In this document: positions 1 to 12,827 of the stretch, piece by piece
How the letters are laid out: each line of letters begins with the position of its first letter
Position numbering within the stretch: position 1 is the first letter of the stretch
Assembly (NCBI RefSeq): GCF_006345805.1
Contig: NW_021832227.1
Span: 1 to 64,000 of the forward strand
DNA from: Octopus sinensis
Taxonomy: Eukaryota
DNA length: 64,000 nucleotides
Reading direction: 5' to 3'
Notes under the pieces: generated by a model
The model's input: only the letters and a program-made list of their open reading frames with translations
Databases searched by the model: none
What the model was told of the DNA's origin: nothing
Translations under genes and position numbers: made by a program

Positions 1-600
1 GATTTAAGCATTCTATTACACCGAGTTGTCAAATGGTAGAATGTCTTATTAGAAATTTTGCAATCAAAACATGGCTTCAAATTTAGGAGAAATATTTCTT
101 TTTACAATTCATTTTGAAAATGTCTGTATATGGAAAGTCTCATTTTCAAGTGATTCAAATAATTTTGAATGGACAGTTTTCTTTTTGATAGTTTATAAGA
201 AAGAGACACTCAATTTGCAGACTCTTTAGTGTCTGGGTTGATTCATATTTTATTTGCAAGAATTCTGTGATTGTAACCATATGTGACTTTCTTTGTTGTT
301 CAGCCCACACAATTCCTGCACTCCTCAGAGAAGTAAATTTTCGCCTCTCCAGACTTTTTTTGAAATCGAGCAAAATTTTCTCAGCTTTGATAGTGATTGA
401 TATCAGTCTTCTTCCAAACATATTCCTCGGTAAGTAAAATCTTTTTTTGCAAGCTGGTTTCATATGCACATTCAAATTCATAAGTATCTTTCTAACTAAT
501 TTATCAATTTCTTCAAATTCACAGGGTTCCAAGTCAATGAGACAAATATAGTAATTGCAATGATAAAGCATGTTCATTGATTGCTCTAAATAAATTGACT
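1..600 (-). mobile_element. R4/Dong-like RLE non-LTR retrotransposon fragment (RT C-terminal region)
   Basis: ORF 155-577 contains HMKPACKKRFYLPRNMFGR, the RLYLPR-GRG motif of RT C-termini. The paralog at 47.0-48.2 kb continues into CCHC and RLE domains. Confidence 0.65.
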
Positions 601-859
601 GAGTTTAATTTAGTTTCCGATAACTTTTCAATACGATTTTGCATTTCTTCTTTAATATTTTTGAGTACGTCTTTTTTTGAGTACTTTAATACATCTTTTT
701 TCTAGAACTCCAAAATATCTGTAGCTGTCTTGACTTTTTTTTGTATTAGTGAATATTTGAATATATTTAACGAATATTTAAATAACAAAAATTAAAATTA
801 TTGATAAAATTTTAAATAATTTTTCCTCGCTATTTGTGTGTGGTAAACTATGAGTGCAA

Positions 860-1010
860 GGGTGAACAATATGAAGAAAAAAAGAAAAACATCAAATTTA
901 ACAAAAACTAGAAGTTATTGATTTCAGAAAAATAATCCTGATGTTACTCAGGAAAATTTAGCAGCGGTTTAATATGCCTATTGGAGTGATCAATTCAACG
1001 TTGACGAAAA
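860..1010 (+). mobile_element. pogo/Tigger transposase N-terminal HTH remnant
   Basis: Frameshifted MKKKRKT...KLEVIDF.KNNPDVTQENLAA resembles the HTH_psq/CENP-B N-terminus. Confidence 0.5.
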
Positions 1011-1011
1011 C

Positions 1012-1262
1012 ATGACACGTGGCGTTATGTGGTTCACCAACTCGCTTGAATCTTGCAATTCAGACGTATTTGGAAACGCTCAGGGGATACCTAATGCCCA
1101 CCGGAAAAGAACCATCAAAACTCGTCCCCCTGGTGACATTTTCGTTCCAGGACGATGCACTCTACCTATGTCTCACTCCTGCCGGAGGACATCCGCACCC
1201 CGAAGACGTAGAAAGCACGGTAATCTACAATTTTAGTCAATGTATAAATCTCGACGTATAAA
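1012..1262 (+). mobile_element. SINE-related insertion carrying the same central core as the SINE at 31137 but a different 3' part
   Basis: CGTGGCGTTATGTGGTTCACCA...TTTGGAAACGCTCAGGGGATACCTAATGCC aligns with 31317-31400 and 34757-34840. Confidence 0.55.
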
Positions 1263-1318
1263 CAATATATTTTAATTATTTTTTCATTATTTATTAATTT
1301 TAATGGGATTGTCTAGAT

Positions 1319-2522
1319 CAGGCATTCTCAACCTTTTTTGTTCATCGCCCCCTTAGATATTTTATCGCCCCCTTTTGAATTTTATCGCCCCCTTGTCCAC
1401 ATACAATTTAAAAATTTTTGGGCATTGTCCCTTAATTGGTTGTTTTTTTTATATAACTCAAAACCCATGGATAATCTTTTTTAATAAGAGAAAAAAATCC
1501 CTTATATCTTCCAACCATTGACATAGCATCATCAGTCGCACAGGAATCCAAATTTTCAAATAATATTCCATTTGTTTCAAAAAACCCTTTTACTACGGAA
1601 TATATTGACATTCCAGTTGTACAGGTTTCCAATAATTCGACAAACAATAAATCCTCATTTAATGCACATTCATTATCAAAATACCTAATTTTATTAAAAC
1701 TTCCAAAATAACCTCACAAATCCCATTAAAACAGCTTTACTATCTACAATGACGCTTTCATCAATTTGTAATGAGAACTTACTTCGCTTCAGTCTTTCAA
1801 TAAGGATTTCCTTTACATTGTCACCCATTTCATCAATTCTTCGACGAATCGAATCATTGCTAAGAGGTAGACTTTTAATAATTTTAGAAGCATCTTGATG
1901 CATTACATCCGATATTATTACTTCCAGTGATGGAATTATTACATTTTCTGCGATAGTATGAGAACTGGAAGTTTTCGCAATAATTTCAGCAATTTTATAA
2001 GAAGCGATGTGCGCACCCACAACTGCATATAAATAAATGTTAAATAACCATCATGTACTGGCTTTGTGAATAACTATTTGATCGTTTTCTTATTTTCAAA
2101 ATTGTATTTTAAATTTTCAAAATATTCAATCGGCTTTGACATTTTATCCGGGTGCTTGCGTTTAGATGATCCTGTAATCGTTATGGCTTCATCGCCTCAT
2201 TTGAAAAAGAACATTGACAAATAAGACAATAAGGCTGTTTTGTATCTTCAGTACTTTGAATAAACCCATATTTTAAATATTCGTTTTGATAATGACGACT
2301 TTTCTTATTTGAGCGAGAAGACATCTTAGATACCAAACAAGAATGTAAAAAAGCGTGCTATTTTAAATATAAGGATAAACACTATAGAAAAAATATTAAT
2401 AAATCTGAAACATTATTAAAATTAACATGTATAAATACTTGTATTATATTTAAATTCGAATATTTTATTAAATATATTATCGCCCCCCTGTACAAAATTA
2501 TCGCCCCCGTTGAGAACACCTG
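1319..2522 (-). mobile_element. Internally deleted hAT (Buster/Charlie, ZBED5-like) DNA transposon
   Basis: TIRs CAGGCATTCTCAAC and GTTGAGAACACCTG, 8-bp TSD GTCTAGAT. Remnants include a BED finger (CLICQCSFSNEAMKP), FSLQIDES and TDDAMSM. Confidence 0.92.
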
Positions 2523-2589
2523 GTCTAGATTTTCATATTTTTTAAAAATACAAAATAAGCCGAAAATCGTATTTGTTAATTATTAGGAG

Positions 2590-3600
2590 CAGAAATTCTT
2601 GGAATATCTTCTCTTTATCAACTAATGAGGTCCGCCACATGAATTCGTCCAAATAAGATTGCCTCTTTGGCTTTCTCTTCGCTCGCATTCATGTGTTGTC
2701 AATATTTTGAGTATGGATGGAGCGGTCCAAAGGGTCAACAAAATGCTCAGAATGATTTATCACAGAATGTGAATAAATCCCTCCTCCAATCTGCCCATTA
2801 TAGGCTGCCCAACCATCAGTAATGATAAGGGTGCCGGAAGTACGCATCGAATGATAACTTCATTAAGTGTTTCCACTGTTCTGTCTAAAGGATAAATGGA
2901 AAAAAGAACCTGCAACTTCTTCAAAAAGCACTTTCTAGTTTCCCTGTCTATTCCACCCAATACTCAATGGCCTGGTCGCAATGACCCCGATGATAGTACT
3001 TTCTGAGAAAAAATTACACTCGTCGATTTCCACTATCGACTCTTCTAAAAATTAAATGAATTACGTAATGTATCTTTATTAACCACGAGTCCCCCAAGTT
3101 TAATAGGAGCATTTGCAGAGACACACGTAATATGTTCTCTGCAGAAGTTCGTCCAATCTGTAATCGTATTTTGCGAAATTTCTAGTTCGTATGAGATGAG
3201 ATTTCCCTGGTATTTAATGCCCACATATACGTAAGCATCAAAATTTTCGCAAACGGTAATGACTTCTTAAAATTAGTTTGAGGATCACTTACTGCAAAAC
3301 CAGCTGTTCGTTCTTATACTTCGAGAAGTATTGCATGGAATACATAACCAAATTGCGTTGTCCACGTTTCTTCTTGACTTAGATAAACGACAGCGTCTCT
3401 ATTTGTGAGAATATAGGTCTTACTTTACAGCGAACGCATTTCATTGTGTTAGAGATCAACCGCCTCTTTGCGCACCAAATTACACACTCTTCTATATTAT
3501 CGCCGAAGAGCCTGTTTAGAGACAATAACCGGTTATATTCCTGCATTATTTGCTCATCAGACTTGATTGCAGCCGCATCAACAATAGAAAATCCCATGTA
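2590..3600 (-). mobile_element. Merlin (IS1595/ISXO2-like) transposase, degenerate, with micro-introns
   Basis: Motifs [35 protein letters not shown] and YLDEFMWR. GT-AG introns at 3399-3423 (25 nt) and 3045-3064 (20 nt) restore the frame. Confidence 0.85.
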
Positions 3601-3699
3601 AAATTAAACAATCCCATTAAAATTAAATTAAAAAATAATGAAAAAATAATTTGAGTCTATTGTTTATACGTCAAGATTTATACATTGACTAAAATTGTA

Positions 3700-4140
3700 G
3701 ATTACTACGATCAAAAAGACGTGAACAACCTCATCAAATTCTATGTAGAGACTGCACACAAGGAGCACAGGAAATCCAATTCACTCCCCTCTAACCGAAG
3801 CCTAAAGAAACGGGCGGAACCTCTCCTCCTCTCGGTAAAGGAGATGGAAGATACCTTGCACTTCAAAAAATCATCGTATTCTCAAGGAGACCCAAATCGA
3901 GGAGGTCCAACAAAGGGCCCTCAGATTAACCGATCGTTGGTCGCATGAGGGGAAACGCACCGGTCCAGCTTCTCTTGAAGACCTTATCAATTTAGCCAGG
4001 CTCCGCTGTGAGGACGACAGGCCGTCTCAAAGCAGGCCAAACGGTGTTGGTCGAGGGATTTACGGGACGATTTGATGCGGGATTGAAGGTGGACTTCGTC
4101 CCAAACAATTTGCCTATACGGGTCTTCCGGGATTTCTACT
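3700..4140 (+). mobile_element. APE-type LINE fragment of the same family as 35186-37708
   Basis: Nucleotide match to 36590-36735 (AAAAGACGTGAACAACCTCA...GGAAGATACCTTGCAC). Confidence 0.7.
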
Positions 4141-4179
4141 TGATCAAAGAATTGTGCATTCATTTAAATCGTTGCATAA

Positions 4180-4791
4180 AAAAGGAATGACTACAAATTT
4201 GAGTATGGGAACAAATATGGAAACATTTTCATATACAGATGAACTTACCAAATTCAAATTAGTGAATGCTCTACCTTTAATCATTGAGGCTTGGAACCAA
4301 GTCAAGTGAAAACTATCAAAATTCCTTTAAGAAAGCATTAAACAATTGGAAGAAGATAAATGAAAAAATACTCGAAGAATCCACTGACGATAAAGGTATT
4401 AAATTTGAATCACCTTACAATTAAAGATAATAAAAGTGAAATTATGATTGAGTTTCCTATCTGTGCACCTCTCGTCTGCGAAGAAAACGCATATCTTGAT
4501 ATAATACAATGTGAAGAAGATGAGCATGAAGAAATAGATAGCACAAATGACAATCCCATTGGTTATGCAAATGCACTTAAATATTTGGAAAATATTGAAA
4601 AATATTTTTTGCAAGAATCTGGTGAACATATTCATATGATTACAAATTTGAGAAATATAATGACGAAAATTATAAAGCAGGAACCTAAAATTATCGAATA
4701 CATGACAAATTTTTAATTAAAAAATTGTTTTTGTTAAATTTAATTAACGAATTCTCAAATTTGGTTTTCGTTACATGAATAGTCTACTGTA
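4180..4791 (+). mobile_element. pogo/Tigger 3' remnant with terminal inverted repeat
   Basis: ALPLIIEAWNQVK.KTIKNSFKKA (DDE_1 C-terminus) and an acidic tail. It ends in AGTCTACTG-TA, i.e. CAGTAGACT TIR plus TA. Confidence 0.6.
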
Positions 4792-4844
4792 TTTATTTCT
4801 TCCTTAGGTTATCAGCAAATTACTTTTTTTAAAAGCAAGTCATT

Positions 4845-5020
4845 TTTAATATCTAAAAAGTTATGTGCAAGCGGCAAGGACGCAGTGTACGTTGCCGCGA
4901 ACGATGGTCAGACTGATGCGCTGGCGGAACCAGAGGCCCTCTCTCGGGTTTTTAAGCCTCCTCCCAATGGACTGCCCGACCTCGTTGAGAAACGAGTCGG
5001 TCTCTTTTCCCGCGGCTTTT
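4845..5020 (-). mobile_element. CRE-clade non-LTR retrotransposon 3' end (RLE C-terminus)
   Basis: FLNEVGQSIGRRLKNPREGLWFRQRISLTIVRGNVHCVLAA. Confidence 0.75.
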
Positions 5021-5684
5021 TTGTTTTTAATTTTGAACATATTGTGTATAATTATGAACACACAATTCTCAGTAATGGAGGTGGAAAGTGTGTATGAGCG
5101 GGGCTTGTTTCCCCTACAAACACAAAAATGTGGTTTGACTAATCCGGATAAGGCGGGACGTGAAGAATACACATTTCTGGAACATAGAAAAGGGAATAGA
5201 TTTGTAATTTTAATAATAGACAGGTTCTTTCTCTCCTCTGGCACTTTAGATCACCGAGAAGTTGCAGTTAATCGCCTCTCACTGACTAAATGCCATGAAA
5301 AGGCTGGATTGGCCAGCATCAAATAAGATACTCTTCAAAGTCCTCTTAAGATAGTTAACTGTATAGACTTATCTACATTCAACCGGAGCACAGAAAAATT
5401 CAAGTCTCTAACTTATATCATTATTTAAAGTTTTTATCGTCTTATTAAAAATATTTTTTGATTGGCTTTAGGTTTATTTTAAACAAGACCGACATTAAAA
5501 GTAAAGTAAATGATCATTTGAGAAAGAATTGAGAAAAATAATATACAAATTAAAATATCTACTTCACTTTTAATCAAATTTACAAAAAAAGCTTGATTGC
5601 AAGTTTATAACTATTTGATAGAATAAACCTCATTAACTAATAGGTTTTATTCGAAAAATATTTTAAATTTATTAAATGACATAA

Positions 5685-7771
5685 TTAAAGTTTTGATTGA
5701 TATTTGTATGCGGAAAATCTCAAAACAGCCAGATAAAAACCTTGAAACGAGTTTAAGAAAACAAAAATAAATTGCAGAAATACTGAATGATTATACTTTA
5801 TGAAAAAACCAAGAACCCAGGTTATGCCTAAAAAATTGGAAATAATGTACCAAAAAGGAATATTAATCCAAATAGCAAAAAGAATTCTTTAAATTTTGAC
5901 GGCATGTTTTTTGAAAATAATTTTTTTCGTCTTCTATTTTTATCGAGAGAAATAAGGATGAGTATGAAAATAATGATATTAATTGCTAAACAAATAGCAA
6001 TAGGGAAGTATAAGCCTAAATATAATGAAAGTCCATTCAGCCAGCATCTAAAAATGATGTTAAACAAAAACATTTGTTTCTGCATATACATTTTCCAATT
6101 AATAGCTGATATGATGGTCGGAGGAATAATGGGAACGCCTAGTTGATTATATCATTCGAAACTGACCCCAAGCAGTAAAAAATGCAATTTTTAAAAAATC
6201 GACAGAAATACTTCCAAAAACTTTAACAAATAAATAGTAGAAAAATATTCCTTCTGCTGTCATCCAGGAAAACACAGACAACAATGAATAATGCAATAGG
6301 AATCCGACTGCCCCACAGCTTTTATTTTTCCCGAACTCAGTCCCAAAACCAAAAACAAGGTTCATCAAAAGCATTGCAATACATAAATTCAAAAATAAAT
6401 TAAATGAATAAGATTTATGCCCATTTCTAATATTTAAAGTAACTATCTAACCTCCAAGACATAATCGAGTAAACAATGACGACAATCTCTGTTATTATTG
6501 ATACTGCAAGACCAACATGTGTAAAAATGCTCAGCCATTTATATTTTCCTACTAAAGATGGATCCTATATGTAATAATTATTTTACAAAAAATACAAAAA
6601 TGACAGCAAAATTAGTCAAATGAGAACAAGTACAGCGCATCCCATTCTCAATAATCTTACTGCTGCATCCATTTGATCTCCAATCTTGTGTGGACACATT
6701 CAGATATACACAAATTGATTGTTTAGTGAAATCTTATTTATTTTAATCACAACACACTTCCTGGAAACTCAAGTTGTATTGTCAAGTTGTGAATCGGCTT
6801 GTTAGTATTCACCAAGATTCCCACAACTGATGTTTGAAGCTTTGATTTATTAAAAATATTAAAAAGTTCATCGTTTTTCCAGAAAACAAACGCTATTTTT
6901 AGTTTCGCAGATTCTTACAGGTAAGCTATTTTATTTTACCTTCTAATAAATCTTGAAGATGATTTTTGTCAAGTTTTATTTTAATTGGCGATTCTTTATG
7001 ATCAAGAATAGTCAGATTTGTGTTTGTTTTGTTCAAAGTCAATAACTTTGCATCAAAATTTTGTAAGCTGAATTTAGTTGTTCCGGGTTTGCCATCAGTA
7101 GAAATTATTGTTTTTGTTATGGTTTTCACAATTCTAATTAAATTAAAAATGATATGACTTTATGTTTGTCGATTTCACCTTCTCATCAGAAACTGTGGAT
7201 TTGGAATAAGACAATTGATTACTAATTGTACCAAGAATTGCCTAAATGCAATAATCATGTGTTGTTGTAATTGTTTTCTACTGTAAACAAAAAATACCTG
7301 ACTTTCTTTTTCAGTCAAGTTATTTTTCCATTTGCATAATTCAAAAACTGGTTTACGTTGTTCACTTCCTATCAATTATTTCCTAAACCTAGTCACCTCA
7401 TCTGTGTTTTCGACTTGGATTATTTTGAAGTTTGCCATTATAGTCGTAATTGCATGTTACAGTTCTTGAATCTTTTACAGAAAATACTTTATTATTACCA
7501 GTTCCCTTTTTGCATTCTTTAATGGCACCTTTTGTAAGAATTTATGTTAGGACAATAATCGTGGATTTTTGCAGTTTGAGGTTTTAGATTACTCGTTGTC
7601 ACGGGAAAAATAACCAAAATATCTATCCTGACAGTTCATAAAAGTTGCCTGCAGATATCCATCGTCTTGAAAGCAAAAGTTATATTTTATAAAATCTAAA
7701 TTGAATTATCATTCTACTTCCCGTCCAAGATATAAATATATTTCCGATAAGCATAATATGCGTCGTTAATA
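5685..7771 (-). pseudogene. Adhesion GPCR, 5'-truncated and frameshifted copy
   Basis: GPS motif WRSNGC...CTCSHLTNFAVIF and 7tm_2 helices. It lacks the first exons and has several 1-bp deletions relative to the 53.2-55.6 kb copy. Confidence 0.8.
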
Positions 7772-7779
7772 CACATTGA

Positions 7780-8200
7780 GATATTAGCACGTTGCATAAC
7801 AGACTCCCCTTTTTGTTAAATGCTCACAAGGTGGAATCCCGATGTTTCTGTTTTTGAATATTAGTTTTCTCCTATTGTTTTTGTTAATTGCAGCTTTTAT
7901 AGTAGCTATCATTAAATTAATTTTCGAATAAAAGTCTTATTTTCTCAAAACAATTGTGTAATAGATGAACGGCACATTTGACATGTAATAATAACTTGGA
8001 GTTAACATTTTTAAGTATTTTGCCAGCTACAACGTAAAATTTACCTGATTTCATATATTTTGCGGCTGCAAAATTAACAAATTTCGAAGTGCATTGTTGA
8101 GTAATTATGCTCTTGTTAAGAGCAAAATCTATCGCCTTAAACGATATCAGATATGCTGTTTTAGGAGAATTTAACGATTCAATGATCAAAGCTTGTTAAT
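7780..8200 (-). mobile_element. CGGBP1-like hAT transposase fragment
   Basis: AAKYMKS[18-nt intron]AGKILK...HVKCAVHLLHNCFEKI is homologous to the 14524-16404 transposase. Confidence 0.75.
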
Positions 8201-8819
8201 TTAAAAAATTCATTCATTATAATTGATGATTATTTAATTATGCGTTCCCTGAATGTTTCGGAGTATCATGTGTATTATTATTTAGTAATGTGGGATTGTG
8301 ATTAACTATAAAATTGTAAAAATAATATTAAATTTTTTGAAATTTAATATAGCACGTTCTTTAAAAATTGTTTCTGATGCCTTTCTTGTCAAAGAGAAAA
8401 TGTATTTTTAACCAAACTATTAAGAAGGAATATTTATTTCTTAAAAAATTTGTGCTATTTGCGTTTCTCAATTTTTCATGTAGGTCGCTCTGATATAAAG
8501 ACTCACGTTAATAAAAAAGCATAAAATATACATTTGAAAAGCAGCTGGAAAAAATTCTCCATTTATATGATGGCTTAAAATTATATTTTTTATCTTATGA
8601 AGATTGCCCTATTCTAATTAGGTATATTTTTTGATTAAGATTTTTTTTGACAATCCTTATGGAGAGATTTATCTTTTGTTCGTTCAATGCCAGCTTACTA
8701 TATTCAATACAACATTAATAATAAAGCAATTGATTCAAAGATATTAATGTCTACGATTTATTGATGAATGTGTTAATGTTACATTGTTCAGGTCAACAAT
8801 AAATAAAAAATGAAAAACT

Positions 8820-9545
8820 AATCAGGCAAAGAGCATGTTGAGCTCGCGGGGGTCGTTTCTAATTCTTCCGAGGTAGCGGCTTCTCTTGGTGAGGAAACGA
8901 AGAGTTGATGGTCCAAGCGTACCAGACGTTTTGACTGATACTGGTTCAAAATGAATTTTTCAGCGAGGAATCCGAGGAATTCGTTGGAAATCTAAACAAA
9001 AGTATTTCTCAGCAGTGAATTGAATTCTCCGACTTCATCTGGAAAACGGAAACAGGGTGAAGTACGGAGTGCGTACTCCAAACGAGCAAAAGTAAGAAAG
9101 TTCTTCGGTATAAAAAAGGCAACCTGGGCGTTGATGGATTTAAGAGTGTTGAATGATTTTTCCGTTATGCAGAGTTTAGCCTAGAGAAATGATGGAATTC
9201 CAGACGAGAAAAGAGGCGTGTCAAAAAGAGTAAGATCTGCGGGCAAAATAGTGTGTATGGCTGGAAGATAATAATCTAAAAAAGGACGGATTTCCGAAGT
9301 AAAGATTGTTGGTTTGTAGTCAATGTTGAAAATCTCTGATTTGTGTGGTTAGGCTTATAGAGGCCAGAATCGGAGCCACTTTATCAAGGTCATTTACCAC
9401 GTTATCAGCCAGGCCGATAATCTGGCGTCGTCGAAGTACCAGACGTTGAACTCAGAAATGCAAGTGCGGACCGCCTCATCGATGGCCAGCAAGAAAAGAA
9501 GAGGGCCAAGTGGATCCGCTTGTTGTACACCTGTGACGGAAATAA
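8820..9545 (-). mobile_element. Internally deleted CRE-clade retrotransposon (RT and RLE remnants)
   Basis: GVQQADPLGPLLFLLAI...SEFNVWYFDD (RT) and HFEPVSVKTSGTLGP...NDPRE (RLE). Confidence 0.8.
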
Positions 9546-9739
9546 TGGTAGAAGATAATATAAATTGTGTAATTTATAGACTTTTTACAGTAGTTTATAA
9601 GGTTTTATAAATTAGCCACTTATTTATCAATTACCATAAATACCAAAAAGGTTGTTCTTGAGCGGCAAAACTTTATCTAAAATTAATCCTAAAAGGACTA
9701 AAAAAAGTCATCCAAACAAATTGAGTGCATAGAAAATGT

Positions 9740-10330
9740 CTCCAAGATGGAACCTAACAAAATTATCATAAAAAAATACTGAAGAGTAAAAAATAATAAA
9801 ATCAATCTTCGAAGAACTGAATATATCAACTTCTCGGAAGTATAAACTAAAAAAGAAGGCTAAAAATTTTGTTTTACTAGCTTTATTTTCAAGATTCTTT
9901 ATCTAAACACAGGCCTCAACCAACACACAGAAGATGCGGACAATTGCAGAAGAGATTCATGAAGCTAATCGTTGTGGACACAATGCATTAAAAGAATTGT
10001 GTGGAAAACGATTTTGTTTTATTAAACAGATATTATTCGTCAGGTGGTAAGAGACTGCGATATATGCCAGTCGGCAGTCCCATTAAAACAATATGACTAT
10101 TTAAGTTAAATATTTTTACAGATGTACCGAATGAGAGCTTTCGGATTGATCTGATTGACCAAAAGAGGTATAAAATTGTGTTATTTTCGAGGTTTGTAAA
10201 TTACAATGATCAATTTTTGTGGTTGTTAACTGTCATTGACGTCTATTTAAGATTTGCCATTTTAGAAAAGTGGAATGAAGTTGCTGAAAAATTAAACGAC
10301 ATTGAATAATTGGAAGACGATTTTAAATAA
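9740..10330 (+). mobile_element. Ginger/Gypsy-like integrase remnant
   Basis: Zn-binding region (IHEANRCGHNALK...VRDCDICQ) and core FRIDLID..WLLTVIDVY. Probable 24-nt intron at 10168-10191. Confidence 0.65.
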
Positions 10331-10574
10331 TGGTAGCTAATAATTTAATGCCACCGTGAAAAATTATAATGTTTTTACGTTTTTCATTTGATTGCCGGTT
10401 TCTTTGTTTATTTTTAATTGGTTTTTAGTATTTTTTTATTTATTCTACCTCTAAATTTAAAAGGGATAATACTTCATATTATAATTGATATTTTCCGAAT
10501 TGTAAAAGGATTTTAAAATTCAGTTTTTTCGAATTCTGAATTATAATTAAAAATTAGATCACTAAGAAAAGTAA

Positions 10575-10690
10575 AAACCTCAACGAGACTCAACATCATC
10601 TCTAAAGAGTCTCGTTAGCGATCGTCCTGGGAACAGCCAGGCCATCATATGCCCCGGCAGCTCAATATAATTTTTGTCTGTGTTTTTATC
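10575..10690 (+). mobile_element. CRE 3' remnant (same family as 26555)
   Basis: RVSLAIVLG motif and the shared 3' sequence GGCAGCTCAATATAATTTTTGTCTGT. Confidence 0.5.
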
Positions 10691-12271
10691 TTTCATGCAC
10701 TAATAATAATTGAATTCATTAAAAAATATTTATTGTATCAATTTTGATTTATATTATACCATTCAAAGCAAATTTAACTTGATGGGTTGAAACTAAAGTA
10801 CAATAGTTCAAAAATTCACATTTCTGGCCCCCAATTATATACAGCCCATTCCATGAATATATTGCATTACAAAATATGTAATGGATTTTTTCATTAAAAT
10901 ATTTTTGCTGCATGATTGTCTAATAATTACATTAAGCATATTTAATTGATAATTCAACAGGATTTGTTTTTTGAAAATGATTCGATTATTTAAAAAAAAT
11001 AGAATATGGGTTTATCATACCTAACAAAGAAGAGAAAAATCCAACAAATTCGCTTTTAAGGGGGCATGGAAACGAGAACCACGAAAGTCTCACTGTCTTT
11101 AGCCCTAGAAGATTTTTCTGATCCCTATTTAACGAATTCGAATTTTGTTAAGAATTACTTTCATCGTGTCAATTTTCCGCTCATGCGAGTCCTCCGTGGA
11201 CTGCTCATCTCGAGACCGAATACCAGTTTGATGCAAATCGTCGAGTTTTTTCGAGTTCGGCGTTTAGACGGTCCCTTTCGTACGTTTAATACAATCCCTC
11301 CGATCCATTTATTAGCAGAGGATGAATGTACGTTCCCGTGTTAAGACTGAAATGCTCTAATCCTTTTAGGATCTTTGCGCATTATTTACGATTTTCGTTC
11401 ACAATTAGTTTGTAGAACCCGCTAGTGTCTACTGTTATTCCCATGTAGTATAGGTTCTCGAAAATTGTTAACTTACCACATGAGGGCTGAAATGGTCAAT
11501 TTTGCAACTTATAGAATCCACATCATAACTGAAAAGTTTGTCCAAAACTTAAATCTGCGTCTCTCGGATCTTAAAAAATTAGTTTGTCAAAGTGAATTTG
11601 TCGGTCAACGGAGTTGTCAAAAGTTTGTATTTTATGTTATTTTTGTCTGAATATGGTTTTCTAATATATTTAAGTGAATTAGACAGTTTTTGACAGATTT
11701 TGATTTGGATCTTTTTAGATTTTTTCAATTGTCAGATAAAAAATAAGCATTTTTTAAAAATTAGAGAAGATTATCGGAAAATGCAAAAACAAATTTAAAA
11801 AGAATTACACCAGCACTGTATTTTGTATGAACAAAGTATTTTTTAATATTGTGTTTGAAAAGAATCATCGTCTTTTTCCAGGAAATATATTATCAGAATT
11901 TTAAAACCAGTCGATTAAAATTTTTGAGATTCTTTAATTCCTATTTAAAATTTTTGTTAATGCTGACGTAATATATATAATAAAAAGTGTAAAATTCTTT
12001 TTTTGAGACAACACTAACAATTTCAAATGTAAGCTTGACTATTTAAATTGTTTTTAAAAAGGAAAATTTAAATAATATCGCAAAAGCTACAGAGTTTGCT
12101 AGAGACTAAAAATAATTTTAAAGCTTGTAGTCGCTGGTTATGCAAGTGGATGTCCTGTTATTTTATCTAGTCTTAATCTTTATATTGAAGTTTTTTGTCT
12201 ATAAATTTATTAATAATAACATTATTTTAAAAATACTTAAAATTTAAATAAATTGCTATAGTAGAGTTGTC

Positions 12272-12692
12272 ATGTCTGACTCGTTCCCTGTTGACGTTGT
12301 TTTTAAATAAATCTAATTATATTTAGTTATCCGATGTATATATAGTAGTCCGTCGACAAAAAACCTCAATATACATTGATGTCCCTGAATATGCAATAGT
12401 AAAGCATCTAAAGACCATATTGGAACAAATATGTCAGAGATCTGTGACTGACATTCGTCTACTCCACGACTGTGTGGTATTTTGTTGTAGAAAACATACA
12501 AATCAGATTATGGAGGATAGATTTAAGCTATCTGATTATGGACTGTCATCGAAGACTGCCCAAGCTCACAAACCAATCACTCTGACTATGTGTTTTAAAC
12601 AGGAAGGTTGATTAGTCGGGTTATTGTAAGGTGGAATGTTCGAAGACGCCGTGATTGAGGAATATTCTAAATTGTCTAATAATAATGAGTAA
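12272..12692 (+). CDS. ELOB: Elongin B; exons 12272-12295, 12327-12476, 12507-12606, 12631-12692 (about 111 aa)
   Basis: Spliced product DVYIVVRRQKTSIYIDV...LSDYGLSSKTAQAHKPITLTMCF...FEDAVIEEYS aligns with Elongin B (MDVFLMIRRHKTTIF...). Introns are 31, 30 and 24 nt; the first exon boundary is less certain. Confidence 0.88.
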
Positions 12693-12827
12693 TTTTGTTT
12701 AAATTGATTTATTCTTTATTTATTATTTTTTAATAAATATATAATATTTGAGGCAGACCGATTTAAATAAAAATATTTTTTGTTTTCATTAGACATTTTT
12801 TATTTTTTAGAGTTTGTAATTATAAAA

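Larger units (their letters stand above)
1..7771. repeat. Segmental duplication copy 1 (direct repeat of about 47513-55311; begins before the window)
   Basis: Near-identical sequence and ORF set at an offset of about 47.5 kb. Identity ends at GCGTCGTTAATA (7771 vs 55311). Confidence 0.95.

Noticed and set aside
2590-3600. Bacterial IS1595 contamination or recent horizontal transfer
   Set aside because: It contains spliceosomal micro-introns and is nested among eukaryotic TEs, so it is a Merlin element.
4865-5326. 153-aa plus-strand ORF as a novel gene (also 52394-52855)
   Set aside because: Its first third is antisense to a CRE 3' end and the rest has no recognisable features. Its conservation only reflects the segmental duplication.
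5904-6146. Plus-strand ORF and similar antisense ORFs (for example 24952-25349, 35239-36294, 58675-59312)
   Set aside because: These are shadow frames opposite recognisable GPCR, CK1, LINE and ZMYM coding sequence.
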